Assembly (NCBI GenBank): GCA_951406725.2
Contig: OX597825.1
Location: 12,400,001-12,464,000 of the forward strand
DNA: 64,000 bases
Direction: 5' to 3'
Source of the DNA: Octopus vulgaris
Taxonomy: Eukaryota
A model generated the notes under the pieces. It made no database searches, was not told the DNA's origin, and saw nothing but the letters and a program-made list of their open reading frames with translations. A program made the position numbers and the translations under genes. Positions 43,301-57,379 of the stretch are shown piece after piece; position 1 is the first letter of the stretch; each line of letters begins with the position of its first letter.

Positions 43301-43714
43301 CTCTTTTACTTGTTTCAGTCATTTGACTGCGGCCATGCTGGAGCACCGCCTTTAGTCGAGCAAATCGACCCCGGGACTTATTCTTTGTAAGCCCAGTACT
43401 TATTCTATCGGTCTCTTTTGCCGAACCGCTAAGTAACGGGGACGTAAACACACCAGCATCGGTTGTCAAGCAATGCTAGGGGACAAACACACACACACAA
43501 ACACACACACATACACATATATACACATATATACACATATATACATATATACGACAGGCTTCTTTCAGTTTCCGTCTACCAAATCCACTCACAAGGCATT
43601 GGTCGGCCCGGGGCTATAGCAGAAGACACTTGCCCAAGATGCCACGCAGTGGGACTGAACCCGGAACCATGTGGTCGGTTAGCAAGCTAGTTACCACACA
43701 GTCACTCCTGCGCC
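43301..43714 (-). mobile_element. Family-B SINE, full length
   Basis: As above. Confidence 0.92.
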
Positions 43715-44573
43715 TATGCATATATTTATAAATGCATATATCGATTGCGAGATCGTAGGTTCGATTCCCAGACTACCCGTTGGACCTCTACAAGTAATGT
43801 CAATCCGATGGAGAGGACGAGCTTATGTCTACACAAACATTTGATTACAATAAACAAATCCTCTGTGTGGTTGTTCGGTAAGAAATTATCGAACTCGCAT
43901 ATGTCGCCTAACTACGGAAGAGTCCATAATATGCACATACACACATGTATAGACATTTGAATGGATATTTGCATGGATATTAGCATGGATATACGTGTGA
44001 AGTTTCACTGGCGACTGTTGGTGTTGCCACCTACCGCTGCTTTCAAAATAAGAGGCAGAGAGAATGGCATAGAAACACAAAATCAGTAATATACAAATAT
44101 ATACATAGAAATGTACATGTACTCGTGACCGTCTTTATACCTATATCTATCAATATTAAACTGATACTATATTTACATGACTATTATAAATTCTTTTTGT
44201 TATGATTTATAACATTCTGTTAGAATCCTGGAAGTCTTATCCGTGCTTTATTTCTAGATGATACAACGTAACTAACTTTAACCGAGCAATACCATGCACG
44301 AGTTACAGAAGAAAATTAATGAAATTAAGGAAATGTGAACTTGAGATTTTCCAAGAATGAAGGAAAAGAAATTGGAACATTGAGAAATGGAGACATTCGT
44401 CATAAGATCTTTATTAGCGTAATTGATGTTAATTAATTGCCAAGAGGAAATTAGAGACCCGTGTTTACTCGGAATCTTATATCTCTAAGAGAATTCACCT
44501 GACTTTTGTATTTGAAGAACCGTAGAAGTAAAATATACGTTGCATAAAATCGACCTCAGTAACACATACATGA

Positions 44574-44668
<95 letters not shown>

Positions 44669-44831
44669 CTTGTGTGCGTGTGTGTGTATGTGTACTTAAA
44701 TTGCCTGCAGTAATACAAACACAGACACGCTCGAAGAAATACACCGCCCTCCCTCTCTCTCTCTCACACACACATACATACATATAGATAAATAAATAAA
44801 TAGACAGCGAAGCAGATAAACAGGTTGAAGT

Positions 44832-45561
44832 ACGTGTTTTTCGGTACGTAATAAAGCTACATAATTATGCATTCGTTTAGCGATCGCACTGATGAACTAC
44901 AGATGACAAATTGATTTATATGCTTATTAATGGGAAACTCGAGTATGGGATTAACTATAATTTTTTTTGTTTCTATTCATTCTAATGCCATTATCAGCAT
45001 GCCTTTAGAATAATTCCTTTCGTGGTTTGTGTTTAACTGCCTATTTTAGCATGTAAGTATACCCGTCTTTATAAACTCTTATGTATAAAAAATATGTCTG
45101 ATAACTTTTATTAAGTATGCGCACCACTGGCAATAGATTATTCTAATTTTTTACCCCATAAATTTTTTCTAATTCTGAGGCCATATGGTGCAGAGTTTAA
45201 ATATGTTATTTGCTGCTGAGCTATGTGACTGCGCTTACACGCATGATTTGAATCCATGATGCATAAAGATGGAGCTCGCACGTGTTTTTCTGTGCGTATG
45301 AAACCTACATCAATATGCATTCTTTTAGCGATCCTAATTATCCCGCTGATGTACACCAGATGACAAACTAATTTATTTGCTGATTAGTAGGGAAACTCCA
45401 GTATGGGATTAACTAATAATTTATTTGTCTCTATTCATTCTAGTGCCATTATCGGCGTGCCTTTAGAATTATTCTTTTCGGGATTTGTGTTTAACTGCCC
45501 TCTATAGCATGTAAGGAGTCCTGTCAAGGGTCTTCTCTCTGTGTATAAATCTTTATACACT

Positions 45562-45613
<52 letters not shown>

Positions 45614-45700
45614 AAGAAATATGCTGTCTTATGACTTTTATTACGCAGCGAATCACTGGCAATAAAATATTTTAATGTTTTACCTTCACAATTTATATAT
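44832..45700. repeat. Diverged tandem duplication, ~448-bp period
   Basis: ACGTGTTTTTC..CAGATGACAAA..GGGAAACTC.AGTATGGGATTAACTA..CACTGGCAATA occurs from 44832 and again from 45280. Confidence 0.85.
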
Positions 45701-45765
45701 ATACGTGTATATATAGAGAAATTTTGTAATGAGAAAACACATTCTGATGGAGCGTTGTAAGGCAA

Positions 45766-45807
<42 letters not shown>

Positions 45808-46141
45808 TTGCCTTTCAACGCGCCATCCAAATGTATTTTCTCATTACAAAATTTCTTTCCGACGATTTCCCTATTAAGAATCTACATACGTGTCTCTACA
45901 AACATATAAATCTTTGTGATTTCTATTAGGAAATGAAACGTTTGTAATGGGAAAAGAAATAATACCCCCAAAAAATCGATTCTCCTCTTTTCTTTATTCA
46001 ACGATTCTTCACATAATATTTCCATGATCCTCAATGTTGATGTATATTTTAATTGACATACTACAGTAATAATGGATACATATTAATTGCAATGATGGAA
46101 TAATCAGATGTACTTCACAAACAAAGGGCTGGGATTTATCC

Positions 46142-46174
<33 letters not shown>

Positions 46175-46296
46175 TCATGGACACACATAAACACACACGG
46201 ACACGCACACTCACATGCATACACATAAGTACATATAACTAAATATAGTCAGAAGATAAACAAGATAAGCACATATGTATAAGAATATAGAAATTA

Positions 46297-46329
<33 letters not shown>

Positions 46330-46885
46330 CAGGGTCAGGTAAAATGATCTGACACATTTGTAGGTTAAATAAAAGGCAAATGAAGTCAAGAAACAAAAAA
46401 GTGTTTTTATTTTTGAAAAGTACATATAATGCCATTTTGTTTCATTATGTTTTAAAAATTAAATCCGTCAAATGTGATCCATTATTGTCCACACACTGTC
46501 GAAGGCGTTCGCGAAAGTTGTCAAAATACTCGGCGGGTCATTTCATGTGGAATGGCAGTAATTTCTTGACGAATTGCATCTTTAAGTTCTCGCGGCGCGA
46601 GGTCGGCCGGTTGATTTTCGTTTCAATGCAGATCCAGTAGCTCTGAAGTTGGTAACCCATAACAAGATCGTGTTTCGAGCTGGTACGGGATCATGTCTAC
46701 CAAGATTGAAGTGCAAACGGAACGCTCTTTGTGTTGCAGTTACAGAATCGTTTGTTTTGATAAACGTTTCCACAATGAAAGCGCGATGCTCACCAGTCCA
46801 ATTCATGGCAGCAACTGAAAAAGAAACGAAAAACAATGCCTTTTATTTAACCTACAAATGTGTCATATCATTTTGCCCGACCCTG
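46330..46885 (-). mobile_element. Internally deleted Tc1/mariner-superfamily transposon (N-terminal HTH and C-terminus retained, DDE/D core lost)
   Basis: ~49-bp TIRs (CAGGGTC.GG.AAAATGAT.TGACACATTTGTAGGTTAAATAAAAGGCA), TA TSD; MNWTGEHRAFIVETFIKTNDSVTATQRAFRLHF..WVTNFRATGS..KSTGRPR fused out of frame to ELKDAIRQEITAIPHEMTRRVFDNFRERLRQCVDNNGSHLTDLIFKT*. Confidence 0.92.
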
Positions 46886-47119
46886 TAAATATATATATGG
46901 ACAAATAAATTTACACACAGCATAAAACGCATACAAGAAACGATCGAGGTAATGCACATTTTTGAACTCGGCACCTGTTTCTGGAAGCTGTCATTGTTTA
47001 TTATGTTATAATCGAAATATTCACATTTAAGAGAATGTTCAAAACATAATAGAAATATGGAGATATCATAGTCCTTGATAAAGATTTCGGTGTATAAGTT
47101 CAAATTATTTGAACACTTC

Positions 47120-47520
47120 AAGCTCCACGCGTCTCCGGCGGGGTGGGGGTGAATCCCACTGTACTCTTTGACCACAACTTTCTCTCACCCTTTCTTCCTA
47201 CGTCTGCCACAAATCAGAGGAACCATGGTGTAAACCGCTATGGTGTGGTAAACTTTCAGACCCTAATCTAGATTGCGAATCCTCTGTACCCCAGGATGGT
47301 TCAGCTCTCCACCCGTTAAAAGCCACCGTTTACGGAATGAGGATAACAACGTAGCTTTCGCGCCCGTGTAACCGCCGTTTTATCGCGTGTGTTGGGTGGA
47401 TCTTCGAGATGCAAACGCATTCTTAGTAGCTTAGAGTAGGTTCGAATTAGAGATTATTCTTTGTGGCTAATGGAGTGAGTCCTGATTGAAAGAAGAAGAA
47501 CAACAACAATAACAACACCA
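47120..47520 (+). mobile_element. 5'-truncated family-C SINE with the long alternative 3' module
   Basis: Reverse-complement match to 29880-30260; ends in GAAGAAGAACAACAAC. Confidence 0.85.
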
Positions 47521-48259
47521 ACAAAAACTGTGTTTTATTATATCTACAAGACAACAGTCTACGACCTAAATAACGAACCACTAATTATAGGCCAAATATA
47601 TGCCATAATGTTAAGTATAATGACTATGGATTAAAAAAAGGTTTACAGGAAACACAAGGCATTTTTTTCAGTCGTCCTTTAAATGAACCAATAGAAATGA
47701 CTAATTAATTGAATTAGGAGTCTTGTTAATAATTAATTTAAATCTGCATAAAAAAGAAAAATACAAGTCACTATTCGAAATTTCAAGTCTTTCAAGTAAA
47801 GCGATTGAAAATATATATATAAGAAAAGCACACTTATTCTGGTGAGAAGTATAATTTTCCTATTAATTTTTCGAAACGAATAATGACAAGACATTTTGTA
47901 GATGTCTAGACAAAGGAATAAAAGATCATTAGAAAGAGAAAAAAGAATCCTGTGATTTTGGTTAGAATTTGTTGATAAATGGCTTTGTTAAAGAATACGT
48001 GTTTCTTAATGTAGAAGATAAGGAGTTTGGTTGGTACATCATTGAAACTTTATGAAGAAAATTACTTTATTTCTAAACGAAGAACATTTATAATGCATAC
48101 AGAACTCCATACACTCAGACACACTCATATTCACATACGCACACACACACACACATACACACTTACACACACACACTCTATAGATATGAATATGTATCTG
48201 CGTATGTGTTTATCATTTATATATAGATGCATATACAAACATACATACAGGTATGGATA

Positions 48260-48585
48260 ACTGGCGCTCCATCGGTTACGAAGATGAGCGTGCTAGTTAT
48301 TTCGATCAACTAAGCAACTTATTCGTAAAATTAGGTGAAACTGGTTGAGTATTCCACAGGCAAGGGTACGTTTCACGTAGTTCAAAAGGAGAATCAGTGA
48401 AACGCCGAATATGAGAAGGCTGACCATTCGAATTACAGGTACACCTCACTTTTGCTAGCTGCGTGGACCGGAATAATGTGAAATGAAGTGTCTTGCTCAA
48501 GGACACATTACTCAGCCCGGAATCGAAATCGTGACTTACAATTGTGAACCGAATACCTTAAACAATAAGACACGCATTTTCAGTG
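48260..48585 (-). mobile_element. Older CORE-type SINE sharing the 3' tail of 9029-9417; related copies at 49297-49572 (+) and ~49850-50010 (-)
   Basis: Minus strand GTGTCCTTGAGCAAGACACTTCATTTCACATT (CORE-like); tail ..GAACTACGT..GTACCC..CCGATGGAGCGCCA. Confidence 0.7.
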
Positions 48586-48770
48586 GTATAGATACATATA
48601 TACACTGGTGCTAACATGGCTGTGTGGTAAGGTGTTTGCCTGACAGCCAGTAGCCATTTAGTTCGGGTTCATTCCCACTCCATGGCAAGTGTCTTCTGCT
48701 ATAGCATCGTAATCACGACGTTCTGTGACTCGACTTGGAGACAAATAGTGGCAGGACTCCTTCGCATATT

Positions 48771-48815
<45 letters not shown>

Positions 48816-48822
48816 TGTATGT

Positions 48823-48873
<51 letters not shown>

Positions 48874-48874
48874 A

Positions 48875-49064
48875 ACCACAATGTGTTAATGGCGGTTTTT
48901 CCCTTCTTTTTTCCTTTTCCTTTAGACTTTCCTGCTTTTCCTGTTTCCGAAGAAGAGCTATGCTCGAAACGTAAAACAACAACTCTAACCTTCTTCAAAG
49001 TCTTATAAATAATTTGCATGTGCTACGTCCCAACGTTGTTCAATTATTTCTTGTATTTTTCTGT
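48875..49064 (+). mobile_element. Short hammerhead-bearing repeat between microsatellites (core 48947-48973)
   Basis: CCGAAGA-AGAGC-TAT-GCTC-GAAA-CGTA; same layout as the 34965 and 35165 copies. Confidence 0.6.
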
Positions 49065-49218
49065 TATATATATATATATATATATATGACAAATTTGACA
49101 ACTCCACTAGAGTGGACGAAAGCGCTAATATATGATATAAGATCTATAAAAACATGTAACATACTAATAAATATTTGTAAATATAAAACCATCCAGATTT
49201 CTAAGTACCCCATTTCTT

Positions 49219-49261
<43 letters not shown>

Positions 49262-51114
49262 GTGTGTGTGCATATGTATGCATATATGTATGTTTGAAGG
49301 CGCGTGATTTAGTGGTTAAGGTATTCAGTTCACGATTGCATGGTGGTGAGTTCAATTCCCAGCGACGCGCTGTGTCATTTATTTCACATTGCTCCAGTAT
49401 AGTCAGCCAGCAAACATTAGTAGTACTTGTATTTCCAAGGACCAGCCTTCTCATATTCTGTGTCATGCTAAATCTCCCTGAGAACTACGTAAAGGATACA
49501 CGTGCCTGTGGAGACACACGTGCATATGCTCAGCCACTTGCATGTTAATTTCACGAGTAGACTGTTCCGTATTGTTAGTGTATATGCGATAGGCTTTTGT
49601 CAGTTTCCGGCAATCAAATATTCTCACAGGGCTTTGGTCAGCCCGAAGCTATTGTCGAACACGCCTGCTCATGGTATCATGCAGAGGGACAGAACCCAGA
49701 ACCATCTGATCGATAAGCAAACTTCATCATAGTTATTATCCTCATCAACAACATCATGACTCGAACCTTTGTACTCATAATACTGGTTACTCGGGTTCCT
49801 TGACGTTTACGAGACCTAAATCCCAATATTACCCCTGAATGGAACCTCAGTCTATCATAGAACTACCCGTTTACTGCAGGGTTAACTGGAGCAGCGAGAA
49901 GTGATAGCTTTTGCTAAAGAACGTAACACACCTCGACATCCAGGAATCGAACGCACAATCTTTTGATCGTGAGTGCAACTCCCTACCTACTGGGTCGCGC
50001 AACTTGCGTCGTAAATATACAGTTTCGTTTTTCTGTACAGTGAAGGTCCTCTCTGATCGGACATGCGAGGCGTCTGACACTTGAACTAAGCACACCATAA
50101 ACATTAGTATCATATTACGTAAGAATGATCTAATGCAATGCATAGACATACCAATCAGTCAATATATTGATCCTTTAATCAATACCCACGTATTACAGCT
50201 TAGAACAGACAACTTCCTCAAGGGGTCAAGAGACAATTTTGAGCATCAAAGACCGAACTTCAATGTTTAATATATTCGTTATGGCTGTATCGTACGCACG
50301 ACCGAGCTATTTAACGCCGAATGGATTGTACAATATTCTGCTACAGTCGATAACTTCAAATACAGAGACCAACGTATTGTTATAAAGAAGTTTGCCAACA
50401 AAATTAATTCCATGTATCTTCCGTAGGCCCGGCTAAATAATTTCATCGATTTTGAGTTGACGTGGTGCAACAGTTAATTAACGAACGTCTGTTAAAAAGT
50501 CAAAACGAATGATATTGCAAGAATTGGACCTTAAGATTGACACAGATCACACAATACTTGATTACATAATAACTGTGTTTTCTTTCTTTCCTATGTAGGA
50601 TTGACTTCGTTTAAATGTTTCCCTCGTGGGGCGTTGCTACATTCAGTCCCGCCAACAACCTACTGATTCGAATCCATTAATTTATTTCTGCCCCTGTGAA
50701 AAATATTGCGTTCAATGCAATAAAATGTGTGTGTGTGTGTTTGTGTGTGTTTATACGTGTGTGACTGTGTGCACAAAAACTAAATAAACCAGCAAATATT
50801 TGTAACTGCGATATCATATTATATTGGCAAGAGAATAAGAGAATAAGAGAATAAGAGAATAATGGTACTGCATCAAAGTACATAGTGATGTTTTTAATCA
50901 TCATTGGTAATATAGGAATCAAGCCTCCAGTTGTGTTCAGGTCACTCTCGTAATTATTCCGCATACAACCAGATTCAAGTGTCGTTTGAACAAATAACCT
51001 TCTTTCAATTAGCACTTCTTTCCTTCGGTTCTCTGTCTCAATGGATTTCTTCTTCCTCCTGTCTCTTTCAATCTTTTCTTCTCACCCACCTTCTCACCTT
51101 TTAATCTCTCTCTT

Positions 51115-51163
<49 letters not shown>

Positions 51164-51753
51164 TTCGCTCACTTTCACTTTCGCTCACTTTCACTTTCGC
51201 TCACTTTCGCTTTCGCTCACTTTCGCTCCAGTTTATAACACACATTCTCTACAATTTCTAAAACATATTAATCAAGGAATATTTCCGAAGGCAGTGCTCT
51301 ATTGTCCTTGCTGTCATTCTGTAATCTCTGCCAATCTCCATGAAAACCTATTACTTTGTTAGATCGATACATTTCATTGTTAGTAAACTAATAGCAAATG
51401 CCTTAATCCTGAAACTCGGCTTTGAGGTATTCTATTTTTATATATATTTATTTAATATACTCTTTTTGTATTTTTTGGAAAACCGGACATAATTAATCGG
51501 TGCAGTGACGGTTTTCATCTGGTAAGACTGAAACACGCACAAGTCACGCAGGCCGTAGAAATATGTCGGACAAACGTGTCTCCTATGGCATAGACAGAAA
51601 ATAAATGAACAATAGACATTAGTGTGCTTTCAGGACGATTCTACAGACTAAATCACCAGAATATTCGATTTTCGTCAGCTGTGAAAAGGATTAAGAATAA
51701 CTGCCAGCTGCAGGCGGATTTACAAAGCTTCATTTGGCACACCACCACACCGC

Positions 51754-51787
<34 letters not shown>

Positions 51788-52017
51788 CACATATATATAT
51801 ATACATATATATATATACAAGGGTGTGCGTTTTACAGCATGTTGAATGCATGTATGTATATCTATACAAGGCAAACGAGCGAAGTTCCCGTAGAAGGCGA
51901 AGGCGATGACTCATTGTAGAAGTTCATGCCTTCTGCACTTCAAATAGCTCCGAGGTGAACGTAGCCTTTTGTACTTTCGGAGTCAATAACAATGTGCCAC
52001 TCCCGATACTGCAGTAC

Positions 52018-52061
<44 letters not shown>

Positions 52062-52117
52062 TTTTCTATCTAACTTACTATACACACTCGTGCACACACA
52101 CATATTATATATATACG

Positions 52118-52169
<52 letters not shown>

Positions 52170-52226
52170 TGTACATATATGTACATATACACGTCCGTAT
52201 GCATGTGTGATTATGTACTCAATTAT

Positions 52227-52330
<104 letters not shown>

Positions 52331-52373
52331 GTGCCCCAGCAAGGCCGCGGCCTTCGGGCTAAAACATTTTAAA

Positions 52374-52423
<50 letters not shown>

Positions 52424-52493
52424 TGTATTATATCATATTTTATATATATGTATATATATTATATATAGTATATTTATATTATATCATATATGC

Positions 52494-52529
<36 letters not shown>

Positions 52530-52889
52530 ATGTATATATATACACACAAACACACATACATGCACTTAGGTATAGATAAAAAAAACCGAGACTTGCATGT
52601 TATAATAAACGAGATTTCAGATAACATTGTATGTCAGCATGTCAGTGATTTTATAATCTACGATAATCTATCATCCATAGAATATTTTACAAAAATTTGT
52701 AAGTAGCTTACTGTAATAATACATCTCTAATCTGTATTCTTCATGGTGTTCACATATATGCATATATTGGCGAATATGCCTATATCGATCTTATTTATTT
52801 GTGTCTATGTAGCTATTTATCAATCTTTCAATTTATTCGCCTATCTATCCATCTCTCTCTCGTTCTCTGTCACTTTCTCTCTCTCTCTC

Positions 52890-52957
<68 letters not shown>

Positions 52958-53011
52958 AATCTATCAATCTATTTACTAATCTATCTATCTATCTATCCGT
53001 CTGTCTATCTG

Positions 53012-53089
<78 letters not shown>

Positions 53090-53093
<4 letters not shown>

Positions 53094-53246
53094 CCTTTTA
53101 CTATCTTTTCCTCTTCTTTCCCTTTTACGATTCTTTTTGATCGAAAACCTACTCCACTTTTTTCTCCCCCAAAAAAGAAAAGCTCTACTTTGTAATCTGT
53201 CCCGTCTGTGTGCAGCCCTGTGTGGCTAATAAAGAACCATATCTAT

Positions 53247-53335
<89 letters not shown>

Positions 53336-53613
53336 CCCTTTTTTTCCCCCTTTTTTCTTCTTTTTTCATTTCTCTTTCCTTTTGTTCCTTTTCCTTTTCT
53401 TTTTTTCTTCTTTTTCTTCTTTTTCTTCTTTTTTATTTTATTATTTTTTTTTGTTTTTGTTCTTTTCTTCCCTTTTACGATCCCTCTTGATCGAAAACCT
53501 ACGCCACCCCCTTTTTTTCTTTTGTTTTTTGTTCTCTTCATCCCCCAAAAGAAAAGCTCTACCTTGTAACTTGTCCTATCTGTGTGCAGCCCTGTGTGGC
53601 CAATAAAGAAACT
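53090..53613 (+). mobile_element. Two 3'-end fragments of one retroelement family embedded in (TATC)n (53090-53241 and 53335-53613)
   Basis: Shared TTGATCGAAAACCTAC..AAAAGAAAAGCTCTAC.TTGTAA..TCTGTGTGCAGCCCTGTGTGGC.AATAAAGAA. Confidence 0.75.
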
Positions 53614-53673
53614 TATTTACTAATCTATTTATCTAGATAGATAGATAGATAGATACATACATACATACATAGG

Positions 53674-53758
<85 letters not shown>

Positions 53759-54311
53759 TGATACTTAGATAGATACACACATAAGACGCAGATATTGCCT
53801 TCCTGCGTCTTCGTTGAATGTAGTCTCGAATGGATAATATGAACAAACTTCTGGTTGTTTTGACTCTGCAAGGTAATACGCTCTCTTCAGCCTGCTGGAA
53901 TTGTTGAGCTCGCTAATACTAATACTCTCCTGTTACAGCTTATCTCATCTCTCCTTGTTCATAACCAGAAATAGAATCTGTTTTACTGTTTGTCAGATCC
54001 TGCGATTAGTTGTCTTTTTCTCTTTTGATTTTCCTTTGGCTCTAAGATATCTGAACACTGACTGCGCAGGAAATCCTCCATTGCTAAATTCGACTGGAAA
54101 CAGCCACGTCTCTCATTCCTTCTCTGAATAATACTGCAAAACGTTCTATACTCGACACTTTTCTTACTGAAATGGTTGATCACAACATTCTTCATACGGA
54201 ACAATTATATTTTTGTCTTCTTATAATACTCTACCACATTCAATTTCAGGTTTGTTTGAATGACGTGAGAAAATGGAAACGTCTATGTTTATATATCGTG
54301 ATTCTTGTTTT

Positions 54312-54431
54312 TTTTTATCCTTTTATTTTTTCAGTCATTTGACTGCGGCCATGCTGGGGCACCGCCTTTAGTCGAGCGAATCGACACCAGGACTTATACT
54401 TTGTAAGCCTAGTACTTACTCTATATATATG

Positions 54432-54466
<35 letters not shown>

Positions 54467-54662
54467 CTGTGTTTGTCCCCCAACATTGCTTGACAACCGA
54501 TGATGGTGTGTTTACGTCACCGTAACTTAGCGGTTCGGCAAAAGACACCGATAGAATAAGTACTAGGCTTACAAAGGATAAGTCCTGGGGCCGATTTGCT
54601 CGACTAAAGGCCGTGCTCTAGCATGGCCACAGTCAAAATGACCGAAAAAAGTAAAAGAGTGA
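54312..54662. mobile_element. Two family-B SINE 3' parts in opposite orientation
   Basis: 54320-54423 is the reverse complement of 54552-54655. Confidence 0.8.
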
Positions 54663-55235
54663 AAGCATGCAATGTTAACCTGACTTGAAATATGCATAAA
54701 TTGGACATTTCAACTATTTCTGGATAAACAAGTTTGGTTGATTTCGATTTTAACTCGGTTTTAGAACTTCTTTGAATTTGACGAAGAACTTCGGCGTTTT
54801 GTAAAAACAGCTGCGAAGAAACTAAATTTAATATCCGGGTAGACTGTGATGCTTTATACTTCTGTATAGGGAGAGAATATAATAATAATAACAATGCTCG
54901 CTTCAGTTTTAACCTCTCCGATAAAAATGAACCAGATTTGGTGGATAAATATTGATAGAGACATGTGTGTGCTGAAAACTGTAATAGTCAATAAATTGCT
55001 TAAGAAGGAATGGCTAGTGGACGCTCGATTAGATTGACCCCAGTGTGTAGGTGCCACGCATTTTCATTTTGTCTCGAGGAGTTCTTTAGAAAATTGTATT
55101 GAAAGAATTTCGAATAACAATGAAATATGATTATGAACACGACTCTTATTTGAACAAAATGCTTAGCTTAAATATAATTTCTAATTTGTTATTGATTTTG
55201 ATGTCCAAAGTTCAATAAAATTAACTAGATATCTA

Positions 55236-55533
55236 TTATTACCCTGTACGCGTAAGCGAAAGCTGGGTATTTTAAACACTCGTATTTGTCTGTTTGTCTG
55301 TGTGTTTGCAAAATTACTAGAAAACGGTTGTACGGATTTTCGCCACATTTGGTAAAAATCCTCAGAGGGTGAGTGGCTCGAAATTATGAATACCTACAAT
55401 GGTGAGACTTAAGACAAAAAATTCAGTTCGGTTAAAAAGCATGGCTCAGCAACGCATTGTAAACCACACTATAATTTGCGAAAAAATGTATCTGCACTCA
55501 GGGTATGCATCGCTCCTCCGATATCGTTTTCTT
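55236..55533 (+). mobile_element. DINE-1/HINE-like (Helentron-associated) non-autonomous element
   Basis: 5' TTATTACCC...GCGAAAGCTGGGTA stem-loop, GTCTGTTTGTCTGT tract, 3' CAGGGTA subterminal inverted repeat plus ATCG..CGAT hairpin and T-rich end. Confidence 0.65.
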
Positions 55534-55550
55534 ATATTGATAATAGCTAA

Positions 55551-56066
55551 GCTAGGGAGCTGGCAGCATTGTTAACACGCCGGGTAAAATGCTTAGCGGC
55601 ATTTCGTTCTGAGTTCAAATCTCGCCGAGGTCAACTGTACCTTACATCATTTTGGTGTCGATAAAATATGTACCAGTTGAGCACTGGGATTGATGTTATA
55701 GGCTTGATTCGACTCCCGAAATTGCTGGCCTTGTGCAAAATTTGAAAACAGTATTTTACTCGACATATCAACATTATTACTCTATGAGTGACAGTTTAAA
55801 AAAATGTCTGGATTATAGTGTGAGTAATCATCACTTATATCTTTATTGCTCACAAGGGGCTTAACATAAAGGGGACAAACAAGGACAGACAAACGGATTG
55901 AGTCAATTATATCGACCCCAGTGCGTAACTGGTACTTATTTTATCGACCCCGAAAGGATGAAAGGCAAAGTCGACCTCGGCGGAATTTGAACTCAGAACA
56001 TAACGGTAGACGAAATACCGCTAAGCATTTCGCCCGGCGTGCAAACGTTTCTGCGAGCGTGCCGCC
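55551..56066. mobile_element. Family-A SINEs (+ 55551-55752; - 55837-56066, well conserved)
   Basis: Full consensus blocks present. Confidence 0.85.
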
Positions 56067-57379
56067 TTTTGTAATTATCACTTCTGACAGAATTTAGCCC
56101 ATGAAAATACATTAGTCGTTGGACATAGGGATAACTGAACATATTTTCCTTCTCATAATCAGCCTCTGAGCATTTGCTGACTCGTGTCATTGGACTGAGA
56201 GGGCCGTCTATCCGGTCTCCCTGGGGCATAAATGACTGTATTTATAGCATTTCAACTCAACTCGACTCCAGTTCAGTGAAACGCAACTGATTTTACGATT
56301 GTGCCGACTGGCACGACGTACAATGAAGTGCTTTGATCAAGAATGCAACAGTTCATTCGGGCCTCGAACGGAGTCCACGGACTTGCGATCCGAAATGCAG
56401 TACATAAACCAGTAGTATTTTGTTACACGGAAGAGAGGGGGGAAAGTACTTACGTAGTGATTATTAAGAAAACAGAACTACGAAAGAGAAGCGAGATCGT
56501 TAGAATCTGCTCAATACATATCTAAAATAAATAAATGCAAGCATGTTCTGACGTAATTTAGATATAGGTCGTATTAACATGCACTAGGGAAACAATCGGA
56601 CTGATTATCAGACTGATAAATATGACGTTAATCCCCAAAGCTGATTCGATCACAAATCAATAAAAAAATAAATCTCGGCTGAAAGACAGCTACAGTCGTC
56701 ACACACACACACATATGCTTTCATATATTCGTTAACATCGATGTGGTGCGTGGATGTGTATAGGCTTGTGTTAGTATTTGCACACACGCGCGTGTATTTG
56801 TGTGTGTGTGTGCGTGTTTGAGCGTGAGAAGGTGCGTGTGTATGTGCCATTATAAGCGTATGTAACAATGTCAATGTCAAGAAATGATCAGATATACATA
56901 GACACAAACATACATAGACACAGTCTCTCGTACATTCACATACACATACACACAGAAATATTACCGAGCGGTGTCTTGCGTCTCTACCAGCATTATAAAA
57001 GAAAACCATAAAACACAAATCAGTGTTCATCATCTCATAGGTAACTTTCTAATAAAACTTTGCTTTAAGGAATTGTAGATAAATTTCCACCGAATCGCAC
57101 CCATCTCTCTGTCATGGAAGACGAAGTAAGACAGAAAGATAACAGAGAGAACAAATAACAAAGAACTACAAACGCAAACAATAACTTAAATTTCTTAATC
57201 TCATGTCAAAAATCTGTTTACAATCTCTTCCTAGGATTTTCCTCGGTTTCACTCTGTTTCTTTCTGACAAAATCAAATACAGAGAAGAAGTTAGAGGCTG
57301 ATAAATACACAGAGAAATACATATAGAAATAAAGATATGGATTGATAAGAAGTGAGGAAGGTCAGGGGTGGTGATGAAA

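Noticed and set aside
50677-51015. 112-aa minus-strand ORF as a candidate exon
   Set aside because: No recognisable domain, weak splice signals, runs into simple repeats
53780-54250. Possible Gypsy integrase C-terminal remnant on - (RSLFILSIRDYIQRRRRK)
   Set aside because: Similarity too weak to call by eye
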